DNA of 49,736 nt from the NCBI GenBank assembly GCA_963775685.1, contig CAVZJV010000003.1, positions 1-49,736 of the forward strand. Direction: 5' to 3'. The position numbers and the translations under genes were made by a program. The notes below the pieces were generated by a model, which was given only the letters and a program-made list of their open reading frames with translations, was not told where the DNA came from and did not search any database. This document shows, piece by piece, positions 36,834 to 48,766 of this stretch (position 1 is its first letter; each line of letters begins with the position of its first letter). This stretch comes from Candidatus Bathyarchaeota archaeon (lineage in GTDB: Archaea; Thermoproteota; Bathyarchaeia; Bathyarchaeales; Bathycorpusculaceae).

Positions 36834-37681
36834 GTCTCAACAATAACTTCATTTTGAATTGTAGTTAAACAAAAATTATTTTTTTATAAAAATTATTTCT
36901 CTAAATTCTTAACAAGTTGGCGGTTGAACCCTATTAGAAATTGCCTTATTTTAGAGCAGAGTAATCTGTGGTTATGATTTTAAATAAATCGCTTGGGGTC
37001 TTTGCCTGCATCTTAGTTTTTGCCTTAGCAATTCAGTTTTGTTATAACGATACGATTGCTTGAGCCCAACGGTTTTTGCTTTAAGCGGCGCAGCCATTTT
37101 AACGCCATTCCTCAAAGAGATCACATTGTTCTTTAAAAAATCCTTTGTCACTATACACACCATTACTTTGCCGCCGCAGATTACTCCAATAACGTTGCAC
37201 CCAATTTCAGTAACTATTTAAGCGCTTGACCCAACCATCCTTTTGCCCAACTTCCTCACTCTACAGATTCTTCTTCTACGGGCGGCAGCAACGCATTAAT
37301 ATGTCTACGTTGCTTTTTGTCTCAGTTCTTCTAAGGAAAAAAGCCGTGGTTTATTGATGTCCTTTTCATGTGCTCGTATGTGGCATTGTTTTTTGGGGTG
37401 GTCCACGCTAACCTTTGGGGAATGGATTTCCAAAACAGCCACATAGCAGTAATTTACGATGGCTTGTTTGCGGGTGTGCTCTTTGCGTTTGGCTTGAAAC
37501 GTTGAAGTTTCTACCAAATAAAGAAGCGTAAGAACAAAAACCATACAACTGCAGCCCAAAACAAAGCTTTATTATATTAATCTGCACAGATAAAAACAAA
37601 CTAGAAACGCGGATATTTAAGAAAATCCTTATTAATTTAATTCTTAATTGAGAACTTTCTCGTCGTTTGTGGGGAAATAAC

Positions 37682-39640
37682 GTGCAATTTGAACTTGTGG
37701 CACCATTCAATATGTCTCCCGGACAAGAAACCGCGGTTGAACAGTTAGTGAAGAACTTTGCCACAAAACCCAAACAAACACTTCTGGGAATTACGGGCAG
37801 CGGCAAAACTTTTGTCATGGCAAACGTTATCAACAAACTACAAAAACCCACCTTGATTCTGGCGCATAACAAAACGTTGGCGGCGCAGCTTTATAGTGAA
37901 TTAAAAGAACTCTTCCCAAACAACCGTGTGGAATATTTCATCAGTTTCTATGATTTCTACCAGCCAGAATCTTATTTGCCTGCTCAAGACATGTACATCG
38001 AGAAAGACTCTGACGTGAATGAGCAGATAGAAAAGATGCGTATGCACGCCGTCTCTAGCATCGTTAGCAGAAACGACACTATAATCGTCGCCAGTATAAG
38101 CTGCATTTACAGTTTAGGTAACCCAGATGACTTCCGAACCATGGCAGCGGAGTTAGAAGTGGGCAAGCAAATGTCACGCAGTCAACTCATCCATGGCCTA
38201 GTAGCCATGCAGTACGAACGCAACGACATGGTTTTGGAACCCGGCAGATTTCGAGTGCGAGGCGAAACGGTGGATGTGGTACCCTCCTACGAGAATGACA
38301 TCTTGCGTGTTGAACTCGAAGGCAACACTATTAAAAAGATTAAAGAAGTCAACTCATTAAACGGCGATGTAAAAGTCTCAGTTGACAAACTAACACTTTA
38401 CCCTGCCCGCCAATATGTCGTGCCCGAAGAAAAACACGCCTTGGCAATTGAGCACATTAAGCAGGAGCTGGAAAAGCAGCTGCTTGAGCTTCCGCCTCTT
38501 GAAGGTCACCGACTAAAACAACGCACAAATTACGACTTGGAAATGATAAAGGAACTCGGGTACTGCGGCGGCATGGAAAACTATAGCCGCCACTTCGACG
38601 GACGCAAACCCGGCGTGCCTCCCTTCACGTTGATAGATTACTTCCCCAAAGACTACATACTCATTATCGACGAGAGCCATCAAACTATCCCTCAAGCCAG
38701 AGCCATGTATAATGGTGACTACTCCCGCAAAAAGAACCTCGTCGACTTCGGTTTCCGTCTTCCAAGCGCTCTCGACAACCGACCGCTAAAGTTTGAAGAG
38801 TTTGAACAGAAGATGGGCATAGTCCTCTTCGTATCCGCGACCCCAGCAGAATATGAGTTGGAAAAGAGCGGCTCACCCGTCGAATTAATCACTCGCCCTA
38901 CAGGGCTTCTGGATCCAGAAGTCGAGATTCGTCCGATTGAGGGTCAAATGCAGAATTTGATGGTTGAAGCAAAGAAAACCATTGAACGCGGCGACCGCAT
39001 CTTAATTACAACATTGACAAAACGCATGGCTGAAGACTTGGCAGATTATCTTGCTAAGGAAGGATTTCGAGTCAGGTATATGCACTCAGACATTCAAAGC
39101 CTAGATCGCATCGAACTTGTAAGGCAACTGCGAGCGGGTGAATTTGACATTCTCGTTGGCATCAACCTGCTTCGAGAAGGCTTAGACATACCTGAAGTCG
39201 CAACCATATTCATCCTCGACGCGGATAAAGAGGGTTTTCTGCGTGATGAACGCAGCCTCATTCAAACCATCGGACGAGCTGCCAGAAATGTCAATGGTAA
39301 AGTCATCCTCTATGCCGACATAGAAACAAAGTCGATTAAACGTGCAATAGAAACTACATATTACCGGCGCAGCTTCCAGAAACGTTACAACCAACAACAC
39401 GACATAACACCTACAACCATCATAAAAGGCGTCTCAAAGAAAGAAGGCGTAATTAGAGGTACCAAGCACTTGCCAAAGTCGGATATAAGACGCCAGATTA
39501 TCGAGTTGGATGCGCAGATGCGGGAGGCAGCTGAAAAGCTGGATTTTGAACGCGCCATTGAATTGCGGGATGGAATTGCTGAACTCAATAAAGCGCTGGC
39601 TCGCAAGGTTGGAAATGAAGCGTTGAACCCAGAAGTTTAA
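37682..39640 (+). CDS. uvrB: Excinuclease ABC subunit B
   Basis: GITGSGKT, AHNKTLAAQL, YDFYQPESY, DESH, GFRLPSALDNRPL and QTIGRAARN motifs; C-terminal UVR domain. Confidence 0.97.
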   Translation: MQFELVAPFNMSPGQETAVEQLVKNFATKPKQTLLGITGSGKTFVMANVINKLQKPTLILAHNKTLAAQLYSELKELFPNNRVEYFISFYDFYQPESYLPAQDMYIEKDSDVNEQIEKMRMHAVSSIVSRNDTIIVASISCIYSLGNPDDFRTMAAELEVGKQMSRSQLIHGLVAMQYERNDMVLEPGRFRVRGETVDVVPSYENDILRVELEGNTIKKIKEVNSLNGDVKVSVDKLTLYPARQYVVPEEKHALAIEHIKQELEKQLLELPPLEGHRLKQRTNYDLEMIKELGYCGGMENYSRHFDGRKPGVPPFTLIDYFPKDYILIIDESHQTIPQARAMYNGDYSRKKNLVDFGFRLPSALDNRPLKFEEFEQKMGIVLFVSATPAEYELEKSGSPVELITRPTGLLDPEVEIRPIEGQMQNLMVEAKKTIERGDRILITTLTKRMAEDLADYLAKEGFRVRYMHSDIQSLDRIELVRQLRAGEFDILVGINLLREGLDIPEVATIFILDADKEGFLRDERSLIQTIGRAARNVNGKVILYADIETKSIKRAIETTYYRRSFQKRYNQQHDITPTTIIKGVSKKEGVIRGTKHLPKSDIRRQIIELDAQMREAAEKLDFERAIELRDGIAELNKALARKVGNEALNPEV

Positions 39641-39724
39641 GTGTTTTTCGCAAAAAGGTTCTAATCTTGCAAGATAAAACTGGTTAAAGTCTCAGAAACG
39701 AAAAAGAAAATAAGGTTTAAAGTA

Positions 39725-42628
39725 ATGCGTGACAACATTTCCATTAAGGGTGCACGGGAGCACAATCTCAAAAATATAGATTTAGAGTTGCCCCGAAACA
39801 AGTTCATAGTTATAACTGGACTTTCTGGCTCAGGAAAATCTACTCTGGCATTTGATACGATTTATGCTGAAGGACAGCGAAGATACGTTGAAAGCCTCAG
39901 CGCGTATGCAAGACAATTTTTGGGTTTGATGGATAAGCCAGATGTGGATTCGATTGATGGACTATCTCCTGCAATCTCCATTGAGCAAAAGAGCACCAGC
40001 AAAAACCCCCGTTCAACCGTCGGAACCGTGACTGAAATCTATGACTACCTCAGGCTACTTTTCGCACGCATCGGCAGCCATCATTGCCCTAAATGCGGCA
40101 GCAGTATCCATCCTCAAAGCGCGGAAAACATCACCAGCCTTATAATGGCGGACAAAGGCAAAACCCTCATCTTCCTATCCCCAATCATTCGCGGCATGAA
40201 AGGCACCTACGAACAGGTATTTGATGACCTCAAAAAAGAAGGCTACACCAAGATTCGGGTAGACCAGAAAATCTACGAGTCTGACCACATCAAAGAAGAA
40301 GTAAAATTGGTGCGGTACGAGAAACATTGGATTGAAGCTGTGATAGACACCTCCACTGTTTCTGATGAAGAGCGTTCCCGCGTTGCCGAAGCAGTCGAAG
40401 GAGCACTCAAAACAGGCAAAGGCACAATGATTGTAATCGACGCGACAAACAAGGGTGCGAGCAAGAAAAAAGAGCTCGAACGATTCGAAGGCGAAACAAT
40501 GTACAGCACATTTGGGGCATGCCCAAACCACCCTGAAATTGTTTTTGAAAGCCTTGAGCCACGCATGTTCAGCTTTAACTCGCCATTTGGCGCTTGCCCA
40601 ACCTGTCACGGCTTAGGTGAAATCACCGAGGTAACAGCTGACAAAGTGATACCTGACAAAAACCTAACAATTATGGATGGCGCCTTGGCTGTTTACAAGG
40701 GCACTATGGAACTCAGCTGGCGGGCACAGCAAATAGCAACCGTCGGCAGAAAATATGGCTTTGACGTTTTTACTCCAATTAAGGATTTTACTGAACAGCA
40801 ACTCCAGGTGCTCCTGTATGGTGATAAGGAACCAATCAACGGCAACTGGTCAAACGGCGCCAGCATGTGGATGCGCGAAGGCTGGGAAGGCATAATCCCA
40901 CAAACCATGCGGCTTTATCGCCAAACAGAGAGTGAGTGGCGCAAAGAAGACATAGAAAAATACATGACATCCAGACCCTGCGGAACATGCAAGGGCAAAA
41001 AACTCCAACCAGTTGTATTGGCTGTAAAAGTTCTGGACAAAAGCATAATTGACGTTACTGACCTCTCGATTGAAGAATGTGTCGATTTCTTCCGTGACTT
41101 GCCAGCGAAGTTGAATGAAAACGAATTATTCATAGCCAAGCAGGTTCTTAAAGAAATAAATGAACGACTTGGTTTCCTTAAGAATGTTGGTTTAGGTTAT
41201 CTTTCATTGTCCCGTGCTGCCAAGACTCTTTCGGGCGGAGAAGCGCAACGTATTCGTTTAGCAACACAGATTGGCAGCAACCTCATGGGCGTCCTATACA
41301 TTCTTGATGAACCCAGCATCGGCTTGCATCAGCGTGACAACGCCAAACTCATCAGTACACTGCAACGTCTAAGAGATTTAGGCAATACATTAATCGTTGT
41401 TGAACACGATGAGGAGACAATGCGGCATGCTGATTACATTGTTGACATGGGACCGGGCGCGGGCGTCCATGGCGGACACATCGTCGCAGAGGGTCCTCCG
41501 CAGGAAGTAATGAAAAACCCACGTAGCCTTACAGGCAAATACCTCTCAGGGGAACTAAAAATCGAAATCCCCGATGAAAGGCGCAAACCCGTTGGATATA
41601 TCACCGTTAAGGATGCACAAGAAAACAACCTCAAACACCTCAGTCTCCAGTTGCCGCTGGGCGTACTCTGCGGTGTTACAGGCGTGTCAGGCTCGGGTAA
41701 GAGCACACTAATGAACCTGACGGTTATTCCTGCAATGCGAAAAAAGTTCGGGGAACAAGTTGACAAAGTTGGAAAACATGAAGCCCTGGATGTTCCCGCA
41801 GTCGTGCGCAATGTAATAGTCATCGACCAGGACCCTATCGGGCAAACCCCTCGAAGCAACCCTGCCACATACACTAAACTCTTCGATGAAATCCGCCGCA
41901 TTTTCGCTTCCACCAAAGAAGCAAAAGCCCGTGGCTACAAAGAAGGGCGATTCAGCTTCAACGTTAGGGGAGGTAGATGCGAAACATGCCAAGGCGACGG
42001 CGTCCTTCGAATTGAAATGAATTTCCTTCCAGATGTCTACGTTCAGTGCAGCGAATGCAAGGGCAAACGTTACAACAAAGAGACCCTTTCCGTACTGTAC
42101 AAGGGCAAAAACATCGCTGAAGTTTTGGATATGACTGTGGAGGAAGCGGCCAAATTCTTTGAGAACACTCCACGGGTTTCACGCAAACTCGAAACGCTAC
42201 TGGATGTTGGGTTAGGTTATATCAAGCTGGGGCAAAGCTCAACCACCCTTTCGGGCGGAGAAAGCCAACGCATCAAAATTACTCGTGAACTCAGCAAACA
42301 CAAGTCTGGACACACCGTTTACATGTTAGATGAACCAACTACTGGCTTGCATTTTGACGACACCAAACGTCTCATAAAAGTGTTGAATCGTCTAGTGGAC
42401 AACGATAACACCGTCTACATCATCGAGCACAATCTGGACGTAATAAAAAGTTGTGATTACCTCATAGATTTGGGTCCTGAAGGGGGAGCTGGAGGAGGAC
42501 GAGTGTTAGCTCGGGGAACCCCTGAGGAAGTCTCAAAAGTTGAAGGCTCCGCCACGGGCATGTTTTTAGAAAAGATACTTAACCATAAGCCCCAAGAAAT
42601 CATGGTGACAGTGAAGCAACCTGCATGA
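39725..42628 (+). CDS. uvrA: Excinuclease ABC subunit A
   Basis: GAREHNLKN, two Walker A motifs ([16 protein letters not shown]), LSGGE twice and Zn fingers. Confidence 0.98.
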   Translation: MRDNISIKGAREHNLKNIDLELPRNKFIVITGLSGSGKSTLAFDTIYAEGQRRYVESLSAYARQFLGLMDKPDVDSIDGLSPAISIEQKSTSKNPRSTVGTVTEIYDYLRLLFARIGSHHCPKCGSSIHPQSAENITSLIMADKGKTLIFLSPIIRGMKGTYEQVFDDLKKEGYTKIRVDQKIYESDHIKEEVKLVRYEKHWIEAVIDTSTVSDEERSRVAEAVEGALKTGKGTMIVIDATNKGASKKKELERFEGETMYSTFGACPNHPEIVFESLEPRMFSFNSPFGACPTCHGLGEITEVTADKVIPDKNLTIMDGALAVYKGTMELSWRAQQIATVGRKYGFDVFTPIKDFTEQQLQVLLYGDKEPINGNWSNGASMWMREGWEGIIPQTMRLYRQTESEWRKEDIEKYMTSRPCGTCKGKKLQPVVLAVKVLDKSIIDVTDLSIEECVDFFRDLPAKLNENELFIAKQVLKEINERLGFLKNVGLGYLSLSRAAKTLSGGEAQRIRLATQIGSNLMGVLYILDEPSIGLHQRDNAKLISTLQRLRDLGNTLIVVEHDEETMRHADYIVDMGPGAGVHGGHIVAEGPPQEVMKNPRSLTGKYLSGELKIEIPDERRKPVGYITVKDAQENNLKHLSLQLPLGVLCGVTGVSGSGKSTLMNLTVIPAMRKKFGEQVDKVGKHEALDVPAVVRNVIVIDQDPIGQTPRSNPATYTKLFDEIRRIFASTKEAKARGYKEGRFSFNVRGGRCETCQGDGVLRIEMNFLPDVYVQCSECKGKRYNKETLSVLYKGKNIAEVLDMTVEEAAKFFENTPRVSRKLETLLDVGLGYIKLGQSSTTLSGGESQRIKITRELSKHKSGHTVYMLDEPTTGLHFDDTKRLIKVLNRLVDNDNTVYIIEHNLDVIKSCDYLIDLGPEGGAGGGRVLARGTPEEVSKVEGSATGMFLEKILNHKPQEIMVTVKQPA

Positions 42629-44247
42629 TCCAAATAACGTCGCCCTCTGACTTCAAAAGCTCAGACATACCCACCAATCCAGGAGTCTACCTGTACCAGG
42701 ATGAAGAAGGTGAAATCCTCTATGTTGGCAAAGCAAAAAACCTTCGTTCAAGGGTCAAGAGCTACTTTTCAACCTCTGACCAACCTATAAAGACCAAACA
42801 ATTAGTTACTAGGATTAGGAATATCGATTGGATTGTAGTCAACAGCGAGGTTGAGGCATTGCTGTTGGAAAATAAGCTGGTTAAACAGCATACACCCAAA
42901 TACAACGTTAATCTCAAAGACGCTAAAACCTTTGCTTACATCTCACTTACAAGAGAACCCTTCCCGAGAATCCTGACGAGCCGAAAGGTTTCACGTAAAC
43001 TCGAATCTTTTGGACCATACACCGATGGCTTCACACGGCAAGACCTGCAGCGTTTGGTCGTGAGGGTATTTAAAATTCGCACCTGCAAGACCATGCCCAA
43101 ACGGGCTTGCCTAAACTACCACATCCATCTCTGCACCGCCCCATGCATAGGAAAAGCAACCGCCCAACAATACACTGAACAAGTCAAAGAAGCACGCAGC
43201 TTCCTAAACGGAAATTACCAACAAACAATCGAGCAACTCAAAATCCAAATGCAAAACGCCTCCCAAAACCAACAATATGAAATAGCCTTGGAGCTCCGCA
43301 ACCAAATCCAATCCATAAGGCTTCTTACTGAGCATCAGATCGTGGACAACGAGCGACGCTTTGACCAGGACGTTTTGGCGTTTAAGCAGGTGGGTGAGAA
43401 GATGATAGCTGTCCAGATGGGTGTTCGCCGCGGGGTTTTGCTCGGCAAAAAAGATTTCAACGTTGATTTGCAACCCCAAATTGAGCAAGAGTTCCTGAAA
43501 GCTTTCTACACCACCAACCATATTCCAAGAGAAATCCTGCTAAACAAACCCTGCTGGCAGGGCACAGAAGAGAAAAAGGCGTTAGAGGAATTCCTGTCTG
43601 CGAAACGAGCTGCACCTGTTTCATTAACGATTCCCAGACGAGCGGATAAACTTGCACTCGTGAAGTTGGCAGAGAAAAACCTGGAGTCCAGCCTCGACGT
43701 CGACAGCGCACTGGTAGATTTACAAAACAACCTAAACTTGCCTGTCCTGCCACACGTAATCGAATGCTTTGACATCTCCAACTTGGGAACTGAACATGTG
43801 GTTTCAGGCATGGTCAGCTTCAAAGACGCCAAACCCGACAAGAAAAACTACCGCAAATTCAAGATCAAAACCTTCATAGGACAGGACGATTTTGCCGCAG
43901 TCAACGAAATTGTCTCCAGACGATACAAGCGCCTAACAGAAGAAAAAACTCAGCTGCCCGACCTTGTGGTCATTGACGGCGGACCTGGACAGGTCAACGC
44001 TGCAAAACATGCTTTGCAAACGCTCGGATTGCAGATTCCCCTTATCGGTTTAGCGAAGGAGCATGAGGAAATCTATTTGCCAGACGAATCAGCGCCCAGA
44101 AACTTCGATAAGAACAGCCGCATGATACTTCTGCTTAGAAAAATCCGCGACGCCGCCCACGACTTCTCGCTGGGATACAACCGCAAACGCCGACAAATGA
44201 AAATCCGGGAAGAATTCAAACAAGCGAAGCCTAAACGTACTGTTTGA
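42625..44247 (+). CDS. uvrC: Excinuclease ABC subunit C (no C-terminal HhH)
   Basis: GIY-YIG (PGVY...YVGKAKNLR.RV.SYF), Cys cluster, UVR domain, ECFDIS, DD and PDL..IDGG motifs. Confidence 0.96.
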   Translation: MIQITSPSDFKSSDIPTNPGVYLYQDEEGEILYVGKAKNLRSRVKSYFSTSDQPIKTKQLVTRIRNIDWIVVNSEVEALLLENKLVKQHTPKYNVNLKDAKTFAYISLTREPFPRILTSRKVSRKLESFGPYTDGFTRQDLQRLVVRVFKIRTCKTMPKRACLNYHIHLCTAPCIGKATAQQYTEQVKEARSFLNGNYQQTIEQLKIQMQNASQNQQYEIALELRNQIQSIRLLTEHQIVDNERRFDQDVLAFKQVGEKMIAVQMGVRRGVLLGKKDFNVDLQPQIEQEFLKAFYTTNHIPREILLNKPCWQGTEEKKALEEFLSAKRAAPVSLTIPRRADKLALVKLAEKNLESSLDVDSALVDLQNNLNLPVLPHVIECFDISNLGTEHVVSGMVSFKDAKPDKKNYRKFKIKTFIGQDDFAAVNEIVSRRYKRLTEEKTQLPDLVVIDGGPGQVNAAKHALQTLGLQIPLIGLAKEHEEIYLPDESAPRNFDKNSRMILLLRKIRDAAHDFSLGYNRKRRQMKIREEFKQAKPKRTV

Positions 44248-44640
44248 GTGTTTCTTCAAGCTGGTAAAACCCTTAATTATCATGTCCGAATGAAACACTA
44301 TCCATGGGCTAAGGCACGGCACTTCTGAAACAACTATTACTATTTTGCCTTTGCGTTTAGCGTAGAACATTTCCATGCAGGCGCCCGCCGAGAGAATGGG
44401 CAGGTAAACTACCATGATGTCGCATCGGTCAGCATCATCGAGGTCGCGCTGGACAAAGTCAAAAACTGGCACTTTGTCCCACCAGCACTCCTCGGTTCCA
44501 TTATAGAGGATCCTCTCCCTCTTCCATGGGTCGATGATTTCAAAGCCCAACTTTGAAGCAATGTCGGTGATAGTTTCGCGATAGTTCTGGTTTTTTTCCA
44601 TGCCAATGATTGGTCCTGAGATGAACACATGCTTGGCCAA
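44231..44640 (-). CDS. Nucleoside 2-deoxyribosyltransferase-like protein
   Basis: VFISGPI, DP, RDL.D..RCD and S.GA.ME.FYA motifs. A frameshift near 44265 gives the end QLEETLKQYV*. Confidence 0.8.
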
Positions 44641-44754
44641 ACTTATCAGCTGTAAATTCAACATCTCTTTGGCTAATATTCTTTCCCGATTGTGAGTGAT
44701 TTAAATAACAAGTTACTTTTTACCTTAAGCAAGAGGCTGGCGCTCTTGATTGAT

Positions 44755-45579
44755 ATGATTTCGCTTCTCCTAATCTGTATTCTTGTCGGTTTTTTGGGGT
44801 CGCTCACGGGTTTAGGAGGCGCAAGCATCTTAATTCCCATCTTAGTTTTTCTTGGCATCCCCGTCAAAGAGGCTGTTGCATCTGGGATGGTCGCAATAAT
44901 TGCAACCTCCAGCGGCTCAGCATCTTCATTTGTGAGAGAAAGAATCACCAACATTAAACTTGCTATGTACCTTGAAATGTTCACCATAATCGGAGCCATC
45001 GTCGGAGCAACAATTACCATCTTAATTGCCCCTGTTTTTCTCTACTTTTTCTTCGCTGCTTTCCTGTTAACCTCATACATCAACATCAGAAAAAGCTTAA
45101 AGGAAACCTCCTATAGGCCGCCGGAAAAGCAAGATAGACTTTCAATGTGGCTGGGGCTTGAAGGAAGCTACTTTGACAGGGCAAAGAATCAAATAGTAAA
45201 ATATAAAGCCACCCACGCTTTTCTCGGTGGATTGGGCATGCTCGTGGCTGGGCTTGCTGCAGGGATGCTTGGCATAGGTGCTGGTGCTTTCAAGGTTATT
45301 GTTCATGAGAAAATCCTCAAGCTGCCAGCAAAAGTCTCCAGTGCCACAAGCAACCTTGTCATTGGCATGACGGCGCTGGCTGGCGTGAGTGTTTACCTGT
45401 TTTCTGGCCTCTTGAACTTGACTTTGATGGCGCCTATGGCAGTGGGCGTTACCGTCGGGGCAGTCGCAGGCGGGCGTACGCTAAGCAAAATTCATGACAG
45501 AAACCTGAAGGTTCTCTTTTTGGTCATTGTTACCATTCTAATAATTCAGATGCTCTTCAAAGGAGTATCATCGCTATGA
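44755..45579 (+). CDS. TauE/SafE sulfite exporter family protein
   Basis: GSLTGLGG, IATSSGS, GMLGIGAG and KVSSATSN motifs. Confidence 0.9.
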   Translation: MISLLLICILVGFLGSLTGLGGASILIPILVFLGIPVKEAVASGMVAIIATSSGSASSFVRERITNIKLAMYLEMFTIIGAIVGATITILIAPVFLYFFFAAFLLTSYINIRKSLKETSYRPPEKQDRLSMWLGLEGSYFDRAKNQIVKYKATHAFLGGLGMLVAGLAAGMLGIGAGAFKVIVHEKILKLPAKVSSATSNLVIGMTALAGVSVYLFSGLLNLTLMAPMAVGVTVGAVAGGRTLSKIHDRNLKVLFLVIVTILIIQMLFKGVSSL

Positions 45580-45986
45580 AAGATTCTGGTGTTGGTTGCG
45601 GCGAATCCAAACTGGAAACAGTCATAAGCTACTTGCTCATAATCGGCGTTATCACAAGCGTTATTTTTGAAGTTGTTGGCATAGCTCTCTATTTTGGTGC
45701 TTATGGCAACGTGCAGGTGTCGCAATCCCAAAATGTCTTCATCTCCGGCGAGGACTTCTTTGCTTTTATAATTGCTAAAATTCAGAGCTTGTTTATTTCG
45801 GAAAATGCTGTTTTGTTTATGACAATAGGCGTTATCATCTTGATTTTAACGCCCTATGTTCGTGCCATAGCTTCAGTCATCTATTTTGCTTGGGAGCGAA
45901 ATCGAAAGTATGTTTTGATTACACTGTGTGCTCATCGTCTTAACTGTGAGTTTAGCGTTGCACTGAAATCTTGTCAACGGTTTTAA
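45576..45986 (+). CDS. DUF1634 membrane protein; 3' end probably frameshifted
   Basis: LE..IS.LL..GV..S and G...LILTP..R motifs; usual partner of TauE. Confidence 0.8.
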   Translation: MKDSGVGCGESKLETVISYLLIIGVITSVIFEVVGIALYFGAYGNVQVSQSQNVFISGEDFFAFIIAKIQSLFISENAVLFMTIGVIILILTPYVRAIASVIYFAWERNRKYVLITLCAHRLNCEFSVALKSCQRF

Positions 45987-46028
45987 TCGGTCATAAATAT
46001 CTAAACAAAATAAACAGCTATCCGCCGG

Positions 46029-46694
46029 GTGAACACAAATGAATCAACTGTCAAGCTGAATGGGTTTTTAGTCAGCAACAGCATCGCTGTTCTCGTTACC
46101 TGATTCGATGTGGGCATGATTGCATCCACCCGCCTCTTTCCCAAGACATCTATCACCAGCATAGAAGAGTACGCGAGCTCGTACAGCAGTATGAAGATGT
46201 TGGCGTTTATCCCTTCACTGATTCTCGCGCCGTTCTTTGTTGTTTTAATGCGCTCCATTTACAATTCCGCTTCAGAAGACAAAAAAAATTCTAACTCAAC
46301 TGGGATTCACTTTTACCCTCATCTGCGCTGTCATCTTAAGCCTCTACTACTACATCCAAATAACCGTCGTACAGCAAGGGCTCCTAAGCAATCAGTTAGC
46401 TGGGCTGTGGTAGTTTGCCCATACTCAACCCTCACTCGTTTTTCTGGACTTTTGCTGGGCTATGGTATGGTTTCATGGGATTCGCCTTGATCTTTACAGC
46501 TCCAGTATTTGCAGTGAAATCTGAACGTGCCATAAGATGGTTGTTTACAGCAAATGGCTTTTTCGGCATTGTGTTCTTAATCGGGAATGCTTTGGGCGTT
46601 TTCATAGCAAACATCTTGGCCAGTTTTGCTTGGGCGTTTTGTTCCCTGTAGCTGCTGTTTGTTGGCGAAGAAATTCATAAATTCACGAGCTTAA
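46029..46694 (+). pseudogene. Multi-TM hypothetical protein broken by several frameshifts
   Basis: Hydrophobic segments continue through ORFs 46110..46490 and 46415..46651 in different frames. Confidence 0.55.
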
Positions 46695-47107
46695 TTTCTA
46701 TATGGTAGTCAGTTATTCGATGAAGACATCCAAGTAATAAACAGACATCAACAGCTACTCCTGATGGCTAAGTCCACGAGAGTTTTGTCAATTTGCTGAA
46801 TATTTATTGTTTGTTAGAAGAATAACAACAGTTGTTTTTGCAAAATAGTAGAGTTTGTTTTGGTTTGGTTTTGTTGTTTAGGCTCCGTAAGGGTTGCAGG
46901 TTGAGGATAGAAAAAGTGCAGAAAGGCTAGAAAAGTCTAGTAAAGGTGACTGCTCTAGTTGCCGTTGTGAAAAGTTAGAGAATCTTAAGCACAAAACCTA
47001 CTACTTGGAGATTTCCGGTTAAGAAATCATGTAATTGTTTATTAGGTCGTCAGTTTTGCTTAGCTGCGATGAGATTGACCGATGGTATTCAAGTTGGAAT
47101 TTTATGG

Positions 47108-48599
47108 TCAGGGCTTTGTTGTTGTATGGAATTTTTTGCCGTCCTGTTTGCAGAGGTCGCGGACTATGTTGCGCCAAGTCAGACAAACAGTGTTTAGACC
47201 GATTGTGCCGATTGCCCACTGTCATACCATGTAAAAGTTGCCAAGTCCAGGCAGGGTTTTGCTGACGCCGTTTTGGGTGACTTCTTGGATGTATTCTTTG
47301 GGTGCTCCCCATGCTTGGCAGCCGCGGTAGGCACCTGTCCAGTGCATTGAGGAAATTGGTGTTACTACATCGGTGGCTTCTATGTTGTTAATGAATTTTG
47401 GGAAACGGTTTTCCAATTTTGATACGATGAGTTCGGCTACTTTCCCCTTTTCTTCTCGGTATTTTTCATTTGATACCGATAGTTCCTTCCAGTAGTCGTA
47501 GTTAGAATTCAAGACCACTTTAACAACGGTTTTGCCTGCAGGAGCGAGCGAAGCATCAAAGTTGAAGATTTCCACATTAAGCCTATCTCTTAAGGTTCCC
47601 TCCACCGTTACAGGCTGATCGAGGAAAAGCACCACCGCATGGGGGTCATCTACGAATTTTTTGGCAACGCCGTACCATACCTCCAGCCCGAAAGGCTGAG
47701 TTGGGGTAAGCTTTGTAGTAGGCATTGACTTTTTGATTTACGTATTTTCCTTCAAGCATCCCAAATATAGTGGAATATCCGTCGGCTGCAGAAACCACAA
47801 CTTCAGCTAAGTGTTCTAAGTCATCTTCAAGATGAACCCCACTAGTAACGTTATCCTTAACGATTATCTTTTTCACTTTTGAGCGGAAAAAAAACTTCCG
47901 CCAAGTTCAAAATATCGCTGCTCGATGTTTTTAGAGAGCGCCATGGAGCCCCCGATGGGCCAGCCGCCGTCGCCATTTGTTTAGCATTGCCAAGAAAATC
48001 AAAGCTAATACCGTAGGTACATCAGGGATGTCGTATTGTATAGTGGCAAATGCTTTGCGCAAGAACGGGTCGGTGAATTGTTCTGCGTATTCTTTGAGAG
48101 TTATCTTGCTGTACTTCATCAAAGTTCGCATAAGCGGAAGCATCTTTAGCTTGATTCCAACACCACCAGACATCGCGGCAAACAAATCGTATCCGCTGAA
48201 TTTTCGGGCTGCCTTATGAATTCGTCGATTAGTTTCTCATCTTGTGGTGAGAGAATTTTCATATGCTGTTGGAGCGGTTTCAAGATCCGCGTACACCGTG
48301 AAGACTTTGCCGTATGGGTCTTCCACTTGAACAAACTCCTTAAAACTATGCACGTTCAAGGATTTGATGGCGCCAAGTTCCTGCCACATGTGGTTGTTAA
48401 CTGAGTTGGGGGTTATACCAAAAACGTTGTGGACTGCATAATCAAAAGTGTAGTCCTTCCGTTTCCAAGAAACACAGACGCCTCCAGGTTTATCCTGCAT
48501 CTCAAAAACTTTGGTGCTGTAACCGTTCATCTGTCCGTAGCAGCCTGTTGCTAACCCAGCTATACCTGCCACGATTATGATCAATGACTTGGTTGCCAA
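47108..48599 (-). pseudogene. Phytoene desaturase-family FAD oxidoreductase with multiple frameshifts
   Basis: AGIAGL..GCYGQMNGY..FE...PGG.C.SW.R..Y.FD, VVSAADG, DVVTP and KTLPGL.NFYM motifs across at least five ORF pieces. Confidence 0.8.
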
Positions 48600-48766
48600 T
48601 TTGCATAACCAATCATGATTTCTAGAGACGATTTTTATATCTTTTTGCTGCCGTAGTCTAAAATAAAGAATAGTATTAATTGCCCTAAGAGTAACTTTTA
48701 TTGAACATAAAAGAAACTCTATTGCAAGTCTTATTAGCCATAGCATCAATATATGTGGGGTCAGAA

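Noticed and set aside
36972-37660. Short minus-strand ORFs between ssb and uvrB
   Set aside because: No recognisable motifs or consistent frame; this could be a decayed gene but cannot be supported.
1-44247. Shared SOS-like operator upstream of the repair genes (radical SAM-dinB, udg, radA, ssb, uvrB)
   Set aside because: I could not find a convincing common motif by eye; a MEME search on these upstream regions would be decisive.
133-48404. Numerous antisense or alternate-frame ORFs in the track (e.g. 283..627, 16029..16373, 31227..31871, 40175..40609, 41434..41916)
   Set aside because: They are shadows of well-supported genes on the other strand or in another frame.
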